A stretch of 64,000 nt of DNA from Opitutales bacterium (GCA_965226885.1 CBDDEL010000010.1:366258-430257), one strand, 5' to 3'. Positions 1 through 11,074 are shown, numbered from the stretch's first letter. The notes: generated by a model from the letters alone, not told the origin. Translations and numbers: made by a program.

Positions 1-354
1 GGACAGGTATCTGGCCGCACCCAGGAGCATGGCTGTGTGCCCATCATGACCACAGGCGTGCATCTTGCCATCAATCTTTGATTTATAGGGGACAGTGTTC
101 CGTTCCTGGATGGCCAGCGCATCTATATCCGCTCGCAGAGCTATCTTCCTCTCACTACTGCCTGCTTTCAGGGTGGCAACAACTCCGGTCTTCCCCAGTC
201 CTTCGTCAACCGGAAGTTGAAAGCTTCTCAAATGGTCCGCGATGAATTTTGCCGTATCGGTTTCTTCAAAAGCGATTTCCGGATATTGATGCAAATGATG
301 GCGCCATTTCCGCATTTTCCCATCCATCAGCAGTATTTTTTCGTTTACCGGCAT
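1..354 (-). CDS. M20D-family amidohydrolase/peptidase, N-terminal part (runs off the window)
   Basis: Manual translation: MPVNEK..WRHHLHQYPEIAFEE..IALRADIDAL..MHACGHDGHTAMLLGAARYLS, typical M20D motifs. Confidence 0.85.
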   Translation of the reverse strand, partial: MPVNEKILLMDGKMRKWRHHLHQYPEIAFEETDTAKFIADHLRSFQLPVDEGLGKTGVVATLKAGSSERKIALRADIDALAIQERNTVPYKSKIDGKMHACGHDGHTAMLLGAARYLS

Positions 355-1039
355 TTTTTTTCCAATCGAATTGTCAATAGTTGCGACGGACCTTGAGCAT
401 GCCCTGCCCGCGACACCATCCGCAGGTTCATACAACCGTCTGGTCAATCCTCGTAAAGCTTAAAAAGCGCTTGCGCGCCGTAATTCTCGCCACCCGAGGC
501 GGCCAATTGATCATACAGACCTTTCGCCAGTTCAAGACCGGGTAGAGCCAACCCCAACTTATCGGCCGAGGCGATGGCAATTGTCAGGTCTTTGATGAAG
601 TGTTTTACAAAAAAGCCCGGCCCAAAATTGCCTTGCAGGAAGTGCGGGGCGGCATGGCTCAGGATCACACTGCCGGCGGCTCCGTTCTTGATGCAGGCGA
701 TCACTTTCATCGCATCAAGCCCCCCTCGGCGCGCATAAGCCATCGCCTCCGAAACGCCCACCATGTTCGCGGCGATGGCGATTTGATTACTCATCTTGGT
801 GTGCTGACCGGCACCCGCGGAACCCATTAATCCAATATTGCCGCCCATCCTCTTGAATATCGGAAGCATCCCATCGAAAGCCTCCTGATCGCCCCCTACC
901 ATGATTGCGAGGCGCGCCTCGCGCGCGCCAATATCCCCACCCGAAACGGGAGCATCGAGGGAGGCAACTCTCTTCATATGCGCTTCCCGAAAAATGCGGA
1001 CCGCCAGTTCAGGGCTCGACGTTGTCATATCAATAACTA

Positions 1040-2874
1040 GAGGCTGTCCCAAAAATATAAAGATTTTATAGTCAACTGGATGACGTTGATAAAAAGAGCC
1101 GGAAAGAGCAAGTTTTTGCTCGATCCGGCCAAAAAAGGGTTCTATAATTGAGTTAGCGAAAATCAATATAGCCCTTTCTATGAAAATAGCCCTTTCTATG
1201 GAAAATATAGCCATCCAATGCCTCCTGCGTCCAGCTTTAACTGTGGTCGACCGGTGCCTCGATTACGATAACTTCCGCGCCACCATTGATCGAATCGCTC
1301 GGCTGCTGATCGACTCGGAGGTGGAATCGCAGGCCATTGAGCTGGCCTTGGAGGGGTGGCCGCCAATGGGTCTAAAGGTCCGGCGGCAGCGGGCCAGTTT
1401 TGCCATCAAGGCACTGCGCATGGATACGCTGGGCCGTCTGCTCGGAGGGATTTCGTTTCGGCATTTGTCGCGGGCTCTGGGCAGCAGCGATCTGTTGGCC
1501 GACTTTTGCCGTGTCCGGCAGATCGATGGCATCAGGGGCATCTCCAAAAGCACCCTGGAGCGGGCCTCGAAGTTTTTCAGCGAAGAGCAGTTGAGGGCCT
1601 TGCACCGGACCTTGACTGAGGTGGTGGGCGATGCCCTTCTGGCCCGGCAGGTGGTATTGGACAAGCCGATTGACACCACCATTTGCCTGATCGACGGCAC
1701 CTGTTTGGAGGCTAACATTCATTGGCCGACGGACTGGGTATTACTCAAGGATGTAGCCGGCACGTTGCTCAAAGCGATCCGGCTGATCCGCGAGAAGGCC
1801 GGTGTGCGCCATCGCATGCCGATCGAACCGGAGCCCTTGGCTCGGCAGATGAATCGGCTGTGCATACAGATGACCCACAGCCGGCGGCGAAAGGACAGCG
1901 CGCGGCAGCGCAAGGGTATCTTGAGGCAGATGAAAAAGCTGCTCAAACGGATCGGGGAGCATGCCCGCAGTCACCGGGAATTATTGCAAGCCTGCTGGGA
2001 GCAAAGCGATTACAGCGAAAAACAGGTCCAACAGATCCTCGCCCGGATGGAGCGCATGAGCGAGCAAATCCCGGTGGTCATCAAACAGGCGCACGAGCGG
2101 ATCATTGGCGGCCGCCAGGTGAAAAACGCAGAGAAAGTCTTGAGTGTTTACGAACTCGATGGGCAGGTGATTGTGCGAGGTAAAGCGGGCCAAGAGGTCG
2201 AGTTCGGCAACACCCTGTTTTTGGGAGAAAGCGTTGAAGGGTACCTGCTGGACTGGAAACTCTACGGCAGCCGAACTCCAAGCGAAAATGAACAAATGCA
2301 AGAGAGTTTGCAAAGACAGAACCGCTTCAACCTGGAAGAACCCATAGCGGCCATGTGCGCGGACCGGGGATTTGCCTCCCAGCGGGCCCGCCGGCAGTTA
2401 GCCCAGGAGGGAATCTACGACGCGCTCTGTCCACGCGATCCGAAGCAGTTGAAAAAACGGATGGAGGAACCACTGTTCAGGCAATTGCAAAAGCGCCGGG
2501 CCAGCACCGAAGGGCGGATCGGGGTATTGAAGAATCGCTGGCAGGCCGGGCGGTTGCGCAGCAAAGGCTTTGCCAACCGCTCGATCAGCGTAGCCTGGTC
2601 GGTACTCTCGCACAACCTATGGAAAGTAGCCAAGATGCTGGCCCAGCAAGACGAACTAAAAACCAAAGCGGCGGCCTAGAGAGCGGAAAAGCAAGGACAA
2701 TACTTTTTCACAGCCGTACTGTCGGCTCATACAAAGAAAACCAGGCAACCGGACCCCAGAACCAGTATCCTAACGTCATAGGAGAGCAAAGTTGATACTC
2801 TCCCAAATGCAAATACCTCTAAAATGAGCGCCTATCAAAAGCCCTCGCAAAAATCACCCTTTTGGGACAGCCTC
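1040..2874 (+). mobile_element. IS5/ISNCY-like element (here ISA), copy 1
   Basis: Terminal IRs GAGGCTGTCCCAAAA / TTTTGGGACAGCCTC; 6-bp TSD TAACTA (1034-1039, 2875-2880). Family assignment tentative. Confidence 0.9.
1180..2679 (+). CDS. DDE transposase of ISA
   Basis: IDGTCLEANIHWPTD, RGKAGQEVEFG, ADRGF, RASTEGRIG motifs; four near-identical copies in the window. Confidence 0.9.
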   Translation: MKIALSMENIAIQCLLRPALTVVDRCLDYDNFRATIDRIARLLIDSEVESQAIELALEGWPPMGLKVRRQRASFAIKALRMDTLGRLLGGISFRHLSRALGSSDLLADFCRVRQIDGIRGISKSTLERASKFFSEEQLRALHRTLTEVVGDALLARQVVLDKPIDTTICLIDGTCLEANIHWPTDWVLLKDVAGTLLKAIRLIREKAGVRHRMPIEPEPLARQMNRLCIQMTHSRRRKDSARQRKGILRQMKKLLKRIGEHARSHRELLQACWEQSDYSEKQVQQILARMERMSEQIPVVIKQAHERIIGGRQVKNAEKVLSVYELDGQVIVRGKAGQEVEFGNTLFLGESVEGYLLDWKLYGSRTPSENEQMQESLQRQNRFNLEEPIAAMCADRGFASQRARRQLAQEGIYDALCPRDPKQLKKRMEEPLFRQLQKRRASTEGRIGVLKNRWQAGRLRSKGFANRSISVAWSVLSHNLWKVAKMLAQQDELKTKAAA

Positions 2875-3351
2875 TAACTACCGAACCAGAACGCACACAA
2901 TTCAGAATACCGCTGGGTTCCAGATAAATCGACTCCACATCCTTGGGAAAGCCTACCATGGTGATAACAACATCGGATTTCGCAGCAATCTCTCCGACTG
3001 TGTCGCACCAGATCGCGCCTTTTCCAACGAGAGCATCCGCGCGTTCCTTTGTTTGGTTATAGACGTTCAGTGGGTGCCCAGCCTTAAGCAGGTGTTCTGC
3101 CATCGGCAGGCCCATAATTCCAGTTCCAATGAATCCGACTGTTTCCACGATGAGTAAATTAATACTGTGTGGCGATCCTTGAATCCCTGTCCGACCGTGT
3201 CAATCCACTAAGCCGCGCGGTGATGAGGATGTCATCGCTTTGCGTTCTGAACAGGGCATCTGCCTGACTCACCGCACAATTTTTTGCATTTTACTTCAAC
3301 TCTTTTTCCGGTAAGCATGCATTCTGTAAACTCAGAAAAGAAAGAATACTC

Positions 3352-4137
3352 ATGCCAAAAATAAGACCGAACAGGGTGAAAGAAAAGCTCGCCCAGGGAG
3401 AAAATGCTTACATTATCACCGGACTCACTCATTCCGATGATATTGATGCCATCGGGCCCATCGGAATCGACGCCGTTTGGTTGGAGGGAGAGCATGGAGC
3501 CGTCGATCCGGCCGATCTCGGAAATCTCACGCGAGCCTGTGATATCTGGGGCATGACATCGATTGTGCGGGTTAACAAAAATGACCAGGCGCTGATCTAC
3601 CGCACTCTGGATCGCGGTGCTCAGGGAATCGTCGTGCCCCATGTAAACTCAAAAGAGGAAGCTCAGAATGTGGTCGATGGGGGCAAGTTTTCACCCCTCG
3701 GCAACCGGGGCATGTTTACCAGTCGTCAGGGCTACGGCGTCCCAAATTATTTCAAAGTTGCTAACGAAGAGACGCTCCTCATCGCCCTCATTGAGGATAT
3801 CGTAGCGGTGCGGAACCTGGATGAAATATTGACCGTTGAAGAGATCGATGTATTCTTTATTGCTCCTGCTGACCTCGCAGCCTCCATGGGGCATATCGGA
3901 AACAAGTCGCATCCCGATGTTCAGGAAACGATTGATTCGACCCTTTTGAAAATTGTCGCCGCAGGCAGAACCGTAGGAACAGTGGTCAACAATCAAAACG
4001 TATCAAAATATGTTTCGGCCGGAGTCCGAGTATTGCTCACCAGTGTCAATAGCTGGATAGTCGACGGCGCGACCGAATTCATGAAGCGAGCGGAAAACAC
4101 GCCGAACATACTCATCAATGCAATGCCTAGCCATTAA
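3352..4137 (+). CDS. HpcH/HpaI aldolase family protein
   Basis: WLEGEHG, LDRGAQGIVVPHV, LIED, FIAPADLAASMG. Confidence 0.88.
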   Translation: MPKIRPNRVKEKLAQGENAYIITGLTHSDDIDAIGPIGIDAVWLEGEHGAVDPADLGNLTRACDIWGMTSIVRVNKNDQALIYRTLDRGAQGIVVPHVNSKEEAQNVVDGGKFSPLGNRGMFTSRQGYGVPNYFKVANEETLLIALIEDIVAVRNLDEILTVEEIDVFFIAPADLAASMGHIGNKSHPDVQETIDSTLLKIVAAGRTVGTVVNNQNVSKYVSAGVRVLLTSVNSWIVDGATEFMKRAENTPNILINAMPSH

Positions 4138-4198
4138 GGTTGCGCTCTCACTCAAAAGTGCCGATGTGCTGTAGGTATTGAATGAAGTCATAATGGAT

Positions 4199-4441
4199 CA
4201 CTTTTAACCCGCCCGTTTCACTACCCACCTCAATGAGCCTGAGCGAGAATAAAAAATGGCCTCATCAAGTCCTTTCATAATCGCCTGCGCGATAAATGTC
4301 TCACCCAATACATTTGCAGACTCTGGCCAACAATCAAAAAAACAGAGGCTGGCTCCATTCGACCTTCGGCCCACTCCGCCCCCCTGCAAAACCTACAGCA
4401 AAATTCACACTTATAGTGGTAGTGAAGATGGGGTCCGACCA
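4199..4441 (+). mobile_element. Internally deleted, degenerate IS3 remnant (MITE-like)
   Basis: Patchy similarity to the IS3 at 8221-9513 (TCCTTTCATAATCG..GCGAT; CCCAATACATTTGC..ACTCTGG; right end GTGGTAG..AAGATGGGGTCCGA). Left boundary approximate. Confidence 0.65.
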
Positions 4442-4509
4442 TAAACATGGTGTTTAGCGTTGCGCTCTTCGGCCCTGAAGAACAGAATCAATTGAAAAAG
4501 GAACCGTAA

Positions 4510-5313
4510 ATGGGCGAAAGGTTGAAGAATAAAGTAGCGATCGTTACCGGAGCCGGATCTATCGGAGCGGGATGGGGCAATGGCAAAGCAACGGCCGTTT
4601 TGTTCGCACGTGAAGGGGCAAAGGTGTTCGCCATCGATATTAATCCGGCCGCTGCGGCCGAGACAAGGGCACTCATTAGAGAGGAAGGGGGGGAGTGCGC
4701 GGTACACGAAGGTGACGTCTCAAAAGCGAGAGATGTCGAAGCCATGGTTGACCATTGTATTGAAACATTCGGAAGCGTCGATATTCTCCATAATAACGTC
4801 GGCATTTTGGATTTGGGTGGCCCCGTTGAAACCAGTGAGGAGAGTTGGGATCGTGTCATCGCGGTCAATCTTAAGAGCCTCTTTCTTATGTGCAAATACG
4901 TGCTGCCTCATATGGAAAGCAAGGGGGGGGCCATCGTCAATGTCTCGTCTATCGCCGGAATCCGTTGGCTGGGAACTTCCTATATTTCCTATAGCACGAC
5001 GAAAGCGGGGATCATTCAGTTCACGCAAGCCGTTGCCCTGCAATACGCGGCGAAGCGCATCCGGTGCAACTGTGTATTGCCCGGACTAATAAATACGCCA
5101 TTGGTGCGCAAAGCATTGGGCAGCGGTTATGCCGAAGGTGATATACAAAATTTGATGGACGCCCGGGATCGCCAATGCCCCATGGGCAAAATGGGTGATG
5201 CCTGGGATGTTGCCTACGCAGCGCTGTTCCTCGCTTCAGACGAAGCCAGATATATCACCGGCACCCAACTGATCATCGATGGCGGGTTAAGTTGTACTTC
5301 GGTGGCGCCATGA
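4510..5313 (+). CDS. Short-chain dehydrogenase/reductase (FabG-like)
   Basis: TGAGS..GNG, NNVG, SYSTTK (YxxxK), IRCNCVLPG. Confidence 0.92.
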   Translation: MGERLKNKVAIVTGAGSIGAGWGNGKATAVLFAREGAKVFAIDINPAAAAETRALIREEGGECAVHEGDVSKARDVEAMVDHCIETFGSVDILHNNVGILDLGGPVETSEESWDRVIAVNLKSLFLMCKYVLPHMESKGGAIVNVSSIAGIRWLGTSYISYSTTKAGIIQFTQAVALQYAAKRIRCNCVLPGLINTPLVRKALGSGYAEGDIQNLMDARDRQCPMGKMGDAWDVAYAALFLASDEARYITGTQLIIDGGLSCTSVAP

Positions 5314-5352
5314 AGTGCTCCTCGAACCCATCCTTATATGACCATTCGGATT

Positions 5353-6918
5353 TCAGATCACTTTTCGATCCTTCCCTTGCCAATACTTTTTCCGCACCTC
5401 CCGTTTGACAATTTTTCCATAATTGTTTTTGGGTAATTCATCCACAAAATCGACAGACTTGGGCTTTTTGTAGCTCGCGATATAGTCTTTGCAGAAATTG
5501 ATTATTTCCGCTTCTGTAATTGTTTGCCCCGGGACAATTGAGACGACGGCTTTAATGGCCTCACCCCATTTCGGGTCTGGAACCCCGATCACGGCAACCT
5601 CTCGAATCCCCGGATGTTGAATGATCACCTCCTCGATTTCACGGGGATAAATATTTTCACCGCCACTGATAATCATGTCCTTTGACCGATCCATTAGAAA
5701 GAGATACCCAAACTCATCGATGTAGCCAACGTCTCCAGTGTGCAACCACCCGTTTTTCAGTGTCTCGGCAGTGGCTTCCCGGTTACGCCAATATCCTTTC
5801 ATCACCAGATCCGACCGCGTAACAATTTCACCTATTTCGCCAGAGTCCAATTCACTTTCATTGCCGTCGACAATAGCAACTTCAACATCAGTACGTGCGA
5901 TGCCCGCTGACGCGAGCCGCTTCATCTGCGCAACGTTACCTTGCAACACGTGATCATGATGTGGCAGGTAGGTGATGGTCATGGGCGATTCGCCCATCCC
6001 GTAGAGCTGAACCAGACAAGGACCGAGTTTGGCCATAGCCTTTTTGAGATCTTCGAGCAGCATGGGAGCCCCTCCGTAGATAACGGCTTTCAGGGAACTG
6101 AGATCGTAGCGTTCCACCGCGGGGCTCTCTATCAGCCGGATAACCATTGTGGGAGCAACGAACATATTCGTCACGCGATAGGTTTCAACAGCTTTCAAGA
6201 CCAGATCGGGATCATAGGATTTGGATTCTAAAATAATGTTGGTTCCGCCCTTTCCGATGTTGGGCAGTGCGTACAAACCGCTGCCATGGGAGAGCGGGGC
6301 ACCGTGCAGGATAGTTTCGCAAGGACCAAAATCGGGACAAATATCCGCATAGAAATTCATCGTCATGGCAAGCAGGTTGCGATGGGTCAACATGGCTCCT
6401 TTGGGCATTCCCGTTGTGCCCGATGTGTAAAAGAGCCACGCCAGGTCATCAGGAGTCACATCAGCATCTGCAAACTGTTCAGATTCCGAAGAAAGGATGG
6501 TTTCATAGTCCAGAAGTTCGCCCTCGGCGCCACTTACCGTGACGATATGGCTAACATGCGGTAATCGGTCCCGGACACCCATAATTGATTCGTTGAACTC
6601 AGACGAGATAATCAGCGCTTTGGATTCTGAATGGTCGATGATGAACGCAAATTCTTTGGGATGCAGCCGAAAGTTGATCGGAACGACCCCACAACCAGCC
6701 TTGAAACAGGCAAAGATCGACTCCAGCACTTGAGGGAGATTATACATAAGTACAGCGACGTTATCTCCTTGCTCGACGCCGAGACTGCGAAGCCCGTTTG
6801 ACAAACGGTTCGCGCGTGCGTCGAATTGGGCATAGGTTAGCTTCCGGGAACCGTGGGCAATTGCCAGCTTTTCGGGATAAGTTCGCGCGGACTTTGACAG
6901 TAGCTGACCAATGTTCAT
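5353..6918 (-). CDS. AMP-binding acyl-CoA synthetase (long-chain fatty acid-CoA ligase-like)
   Basis: YTSGTTGMPKG, YGMGE, GWLHTGD, SGGENIYPREIE. Confidence 0.92.
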   Translation of the reverse strand: MNIGQLLSKSARTYPEKLAIAHGSRKLTYAQFDARANRLSNGLRSLGVEQGDNVAVLMYNLPQVLESIFACFKAGCGVVPINFRLHPKEFAFIIDHSESKALIISSEFNESIMGVRDRLPHVSHIVTVSGAEGELLDYETILSSESEQFADADVTPDDLAWLFYTSGTTGMPKGAMLTHRNLLAMTMNFYADICPDFGPCETILHGAPLSHGSGLYALPNIGKGGTNIILESKSYDPDLVLKAVETYRVTNMFVAPTMVIRLIESPAVERYDLSSLKAVIYGGAPMLLEDLKKAMAKLGPCLVQLYGMGESPMTITYLPHHDHVLQGNVAQMKRLASAGIARTDVEVAIVDGNESELDSGEIGEIVTRSDLVMKGYWRNREATAETLKNGWLHTGDVGYIDEFGYLFLMDRSKDMIISGGENIYPREIEEVIIQHPGIREVAVIGVPDPKWGEAIKAVVSIVPGQTITEAEIINFCKDYIASYKKPKSVDFVDELPKNNYGKIVKREVRKKYWQGKDRKVI

Positions 6919-8220
6919 CGTGCAGGTGCGCTTCGGCCTTCCTTCTGGTATCTTTCAAGTAAAGATTTCAGTTGCTGAACTACCTCAGGGTGATCCCGGT
7001 AGCAGTTGTGCCTCTGAAAAAGATCTCTTTCCAGGTCATAGAGCTGAGCTGGTGGGGCACCCTCCTTAATTTCCCCATTTCGTTTAAGGTCACTATTGAC
7101 TTGCCCGGTCAAGGCATGCCATTTACGCCAGTTGTAGGAACCTTCCGTATCCGTATCGAAGCCACCCGCGCCCTGGTTCGAGATGTAAACCCACTTTCCT
7201 TTTCGCAGGGAATGATGATCAGGACTTCGCGGGGCGATCAAGAAATGATCACGAATGGGCTCGCGGGGTTCCCCAATCAATGCGGGCAATAAGTTGAAAC
7301 TGTCAACACCCTCGTCATCCTCGAGCTTGTATCCCAGGATGGCCGCGATGGTAGCCAACATGTCAACGCTTGAAACGAGTTGATCGGATCGGGAACCCGG
7401 TGTAATATGCCCTGGCCAGCGAGCGAGAAAGGGCACCCGATGGCCGCCTTCCCAGGCGTCGAACTTAAAGCCAAGCAGATCCCCGTTGATACGGTGACCC
7501 GCCTCCCAGGCAACTTTTCCGCCTTCGTTCAGCATGCCTCCATTATCACTGGTGAAGATCACCAGCGTATTGTCTCTCAATTTCAGTTCATCAAGGGTAT
7601 CGAGAATCCGGCCAACCGCCCAATCCAGTTCGTGTATAGAATCCCCATAAGGACCGCAGTCACTGGTCCCCTTGAATTGGTCGTGGGGAGTGAACGGGTG
7701 ATGAATATTGGTCGTTGGGAAGTAGAGGAAAAAAGGGTCCTCCTTATGGCTGCGAATCCAGTCTACGGCACGGTTAGTCAAAGTGGTGCACACTTCTTCG
7801 TCCTTATAAAGAGCGTGGGCCGCACGCGCGCCGCCGACGCTCCCGGTGTCAAACTTCTCTGGATGTGACTCCGTATTGCCCGGACCACCAAAAACAGATG
7901 TACTGGAGGAATCTCGGCCCGCTTCGGTATTGCTCGGACCGCCAAAAACGATTGGATCATCAGGATCATGGCCCTTTATTTGATGGTCCTCGATATAAAC
8001 GAAAGGGGGGTGGCTGTTTACAACCGGCACCCCGAAGTAGGTGTCGAATCCAATTTCTAGCGGCCCCGGGTTTAGCTCGCCGTTCCAATCGGGTGTTTTC
8101 TCACCGGAAACCCAAGTGCCATTTTCCAATGCAAGCCGTAGAGTAGCCGTGGTTCTTTAGAAGCCGGGCAATAGTCATCTTGCCCGGGTCAATCAAAAGA
8201 CCGTCTTTGTGAAATGCGGG
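6915..8220 (-). pseudogene. Arylsulfatase family gene, 5' end lost at the IS3 boundary and frameshifted near 8105
   Basis: GYSTACIGKWHLGF lies in a different frame from GFDTYFG..FTSDNG..KFDAWEGGHRVP; the CxPSR-type N-terminus is absent. Confidence 0.85.
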
Positions 8221-9513
8221 TGATGTGACCGCCGAAAACACTACCATTGCCAGTGAGAGTCTTTCTGGAGAAATTACCGGAAAGACCTATGAAGCAAAAA
8301 AGATACACCCCTGAACAAATCATAACGATACTGCGCGAAGTAGACGCAGGCAAAGGCATTCAGGATGTCTGTCGGTCCCACAATATCAGTCCTCAAAGCT
8401 ACCATCGTTGGCGTAAAAAGTATGGCCGCATGGAGCTGCGTGACGCCAAGCGGCTGAAGGAGCTGGAGCGCGAGAACACACAGCTTAAGAAGATTGTAGC
8501 CGAGCAGATGCTGGAGAACCGTGTGCTCAAGGAGGTGAACGCAAAAAAATGGTAGGCCCGAAGCAGAAAAAGGAAGCGGTGAAGCATGTATTGGCCCAAG
8601 GGTCGTGCTCGCTGCGTCGGGCCTGTCAGTATTTTGGGTTGCACCGCTCAACCTACCTGTATGAACCCAAGAAAGCTACTGAGTATAGGCATAAACTGGT
8701 GGCACGCATCATTGCCTTTTCGAAGAAGCATCCGCGCTATGGCTATCGTCGGATCCGCGCTTTGTTGACCCATGAAGGTTGGCCCGTGAGTCGCAAATTC
8801 GTCCAAAAAGTGCGTCGTTTCGAAGGACTGGGTGTGCGGCCGTCTCGCAAGCGCCGTCGCCGGCAGGGCCAATCCACGGCTACCCCGACCCGAGCAGTGC
8901 AGCCCAACCATGTGTGGAGTTGGGACTTCGTGGCGGATCGCACCGACCGGGGCGGTCCGCTCAGGCTCTTGACACTGATCGATGAACATACCCGTCAATG
9001 CCTGGCCATTAAGGTTGCGCGCTCACTGAAAAGTGCCGATGTGGTAGAGGTATTGAACGATGCCATAAGAGAGAACGGCAAACCTCAGTGCATCCGCTCG
9101 GACAACGGATCGGAGTTTATAGCCCACCAAGTCAAAGAAGAACTGCAGCGACAGGAAATTGCCATCGCATACATTGATCCAGGAAGCCCTTGGCAGAATG
9201 GACATATAGAATCCTTTCATAATCGTTTGCGCGATGAATGCCTTAATCAGGAACTGTTCCTGAGCGTGACCGAAGCGCGTGTGGTGGTCGAACAATGGCG
9301 ACACAAATACAACGCGAAACACCCCCACAGCCGATTAGGCTTTCTCTCCCCAAATACATTTGCCAGACTCTGGCGAACAATCAACAAAGCAGCGGCTGGC
9401 TCCATTCGGCCTACGGCCTCATTGCGCCACCCGCTGCAAAACCTACAATACCAAAATACCAAACCTACGGAAATACTCTCACTTAAAGTGGTAGCAAAGA
9501 TGGGGTCCGATCA
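8221..9513 (+). mobile_element. IS3-family element (type 1)
   Basis: TGA..TCA ends with imperfect IRs; orfA/orfB arrangement; no TSD visible. Confidence 0.85.
8289..8555 (+). CDS. IS3 OrfA
   Basis: MKQKRYTPEQI..RLKELERENTQLKK (HTH plus leucine zipper); A7 slippery run at 8543-8549. Confidence 0.88.
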   Translation: MKQKRYTPEQIITILREVDAGKGIQDVCRSHNISPQSYHRWRKKYGRMELRDAKRLKELERENTQLKKIVAEQMLENRVLKEVNAKKW

Positions 9514-9523
9514 TTACCTATAA
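8549..9523 (+). CDS. IS3 OrfB (rve integrase core)
   Basis: YGYRRI, WSWDF, IRSDNGSEF, PWQNGHIESF. Confidence 0.9.
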   Translation: MVGPKQKKEAVKHVLAQGSCSLRRACQYFGLHRSTYLYEPKKATEYRHKLVARIIAFSKKHPRYGYRRIRALLTHEGWPVSRKFVQKVRRFEGLGVRPSRKRRRRQGQSTATPTRAVQPNHVWSWDFVADRTDRGGPLRLLTLIDEHTRQCLAIKVARSLKSADVVEVLNDAIRENGKPQCIRSDNGSEFIAHQVKEELQRQEIAIAYIDPGSPWQNGHIESFHNRLRDECLNQELFLSVTEARVVVEQWRHKYNAKHPHSRLGFLSPNTFARLWRTINKAAAGSIRPTASLRHPLQNLQYQNTKPTEILSLKVVAKMGSDHYL

Positions 9524-9665
9524 CAAAATACTGAACAAGGACTGAACCGCGGTCAATAATTCTACTTTTGGGTGTTTAGTGGAATCACATGATATTGGAA
9601 TGTGACGTGTACTGGATTTGTTGGACACGGGATTCTCTTATATTCATTGTTTATTGATTAGTGTG

Positions 9666-10583
9666 TCAGGCGGCTTGTTTTGGTAAAGGGCTTTGTTTTC
9701 TCGTTGCCCCCCATGGGGGGCAAATATTTTCCTCGAATTGGACTGGGCTTTGGTAACTCAGAGAGGAATGTTTGCGATATCGGTTGTAGAAGATTTCCAC
9801 GTATTCGAAGACAGTTGATCGCAGTTCGCGCTCGTCGGCAAAGTGGCGGCCTCGAATCGTGCTGGTCTTGAAGCGGCCGTAGAACGATTCCATGGCCGCG
9901 TTGTCGTAGCAGTTGCCTTGGGCGCTCATGCTCGGCTTCATGCCTAGTTCAGAGACCAGCCTCTGATAGTCGTCGCTGGCGTAGGGGCTGCCCCGATCGC
10001 TGTGATGAATAATCCCGGTGCGCAGTGTGCCGCGGGTCATGGCCGCGGCTTTGAGGGCCTTGCCAACCAGCTTCGCGTCGTTGTGGTTGGAAACGCTCCA
10101 GCCCAGCAGGCGTCGGCTGAACAGGTCCATCACCGTGGCCAAGTACATCCAACCGGCCAGGGTCCGTAGGTAGGTCGTGTCCGCCACCCAGACCTCGTCG
10201 ATATGGGTCGGCTGGCCATGCTTTTTAAGCACATTGGGGCTGTAACCATAGGGATGGTTACTGTTGGTTTTTAATGGCTTAAAGCGTTTACTCTGGGTGC
10301 TTTTGATTCCCATTTCACGCATCAGACGCAGAGCCCGGTCACGGCCGCAATCGATGCCCTCATCATCCTTCAGATGGCGGTGCATTGGCCGATGCCCATA
10401 GCGGCCCTTGGCCTCTTTGTGTACCTTCAGGATCGCCCCCTTGATTCCCTCGTCCTCGATCCGCCGGGCCGAGGGCGCTCGGTGCCTCCAGCAGTAATAG
10501 CCACTGCGACAAATCCCCATCGCCGAGCATATTTCCTCGATCTTGAAGCGCCCCTCGTTGTCTTTGACAAACTGGTACTTCAT
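9666..10583 (-). CDS. IS3 OrfB transposase
   Basis: WVADTTY, HHSDRGSPY, GNCYDNAAMESF. Confidence 0.9.
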   Translation of the reverse strand: MKYQFVKDNEGRFKIEEICSAMGICRSGYYCWRHRAPSARRIEDEGIKGAILKVHKEAKGRYGHRPMHRHLKDDEGIDCGRDRALRLMREMGIKSTQSKRFKPLKTNSNHPYGYSPNVLKKHGQPTHIDEVWVADTTYLRTLAGWMYLATVMDLFSRRLLGWSVSNHNDAKLVGKALKAAAMTRGTLRTGIIHHSDRGSPYASDDYQRLVSELGMKPSMSAQGNCYDNAAMESFYGRFKTSTIRGRHFADERELRSTVFEYVEIFYNRYRKHSSLSYQSPVQFEENICPPWGATRKQSPLPKQAA

Positions 10584-10876
10584 TGTTCGTCCTTGGCAAA
10601 GTAGCCCACCGTTTTTTTTAGTATCTGGTTGATCCGCTCCGAGCGGCGCAGCTCTTTGCGAAGACGATCTATCTCGGCCGCCATCTCCTTCGGACTGCTC
10701 TGTCGCTTTGAGGTGGCTTCGCCCTGCTGATCGTCCAGATAGAGCCTCTTCCACCTATACAATTGGTTGGTGTTGACCCCAAGTTTGGTCGATACCTCGG
10801 TGGCGCTCAGACCATCGAGTATCATCAGTTGAACTGCCTCATTTTTGAACTCTATACTAAAGCGTCTTCTTCCCAT
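10580..10876 (-). CDS. IS3 OrfA
   Basis: RRRFSIEFKNEAV..LYRW..ILKKTVGYFA; A8 slippery site near 10612-10619. Confidence 0.88.
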   Translation of the reverse strand: MGRRRFSIEFKNEAVQLMILDGLSATEVSTKLGVNTNQLYRWKRLYLDDQQGEATSKRQSSPKEMAAEIDRLRKELRRSERINQILKKTVGYFAKDEQ

Positions 10877-11074
10877 GCTTCGATTCTCCATTTAGGAGAA
10901 TCTCGTGTCCACTTTTTCCAGTGCACATCACACTCTTGGCGGTTCAGCCGGTTAGCATGACCGTTCATTCTCCAGCCATTTTGATAAACATAGCTCGCCG
11001 ACAAACGTCCCGGAGAAATATTGTTAATCTAGTGCAAGTAAATTTCAGTTATATTAGCGTACGCCCTGGAAATT

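Larger units (their letters stand above)
444..3148 (-). pseudogene. 3-hydroxyisobutyrate/tartronate-semialdehyde reductase family dehydrogenase, split by IS at 1040-2874
   Basis: N-part GFIGTGIMG (2875-3148); C-part DAPVSGG, GAGQHTKMSNQ (444-1039). Removing the IS and one TAACTA gives in-frame SGSVV-IDMTTSSP. Confidence 0.9.
9603..10930 (-). mobile_element. IS3-family element (type 2)
   Basis: IRs TGACGTGTACTGGA..TGGACAC / GTGTCCA..TCCAGTGCACATCA; no clear TSD. Confidence 0.85.

Noticed and set aside
7868..7950. VFGGPSNTE / VFGGPGNTE duplication in the sulfatase as part of the fresh-duplication set
   Set aside because: Diverged and spaced, so older than the perfect duplications.
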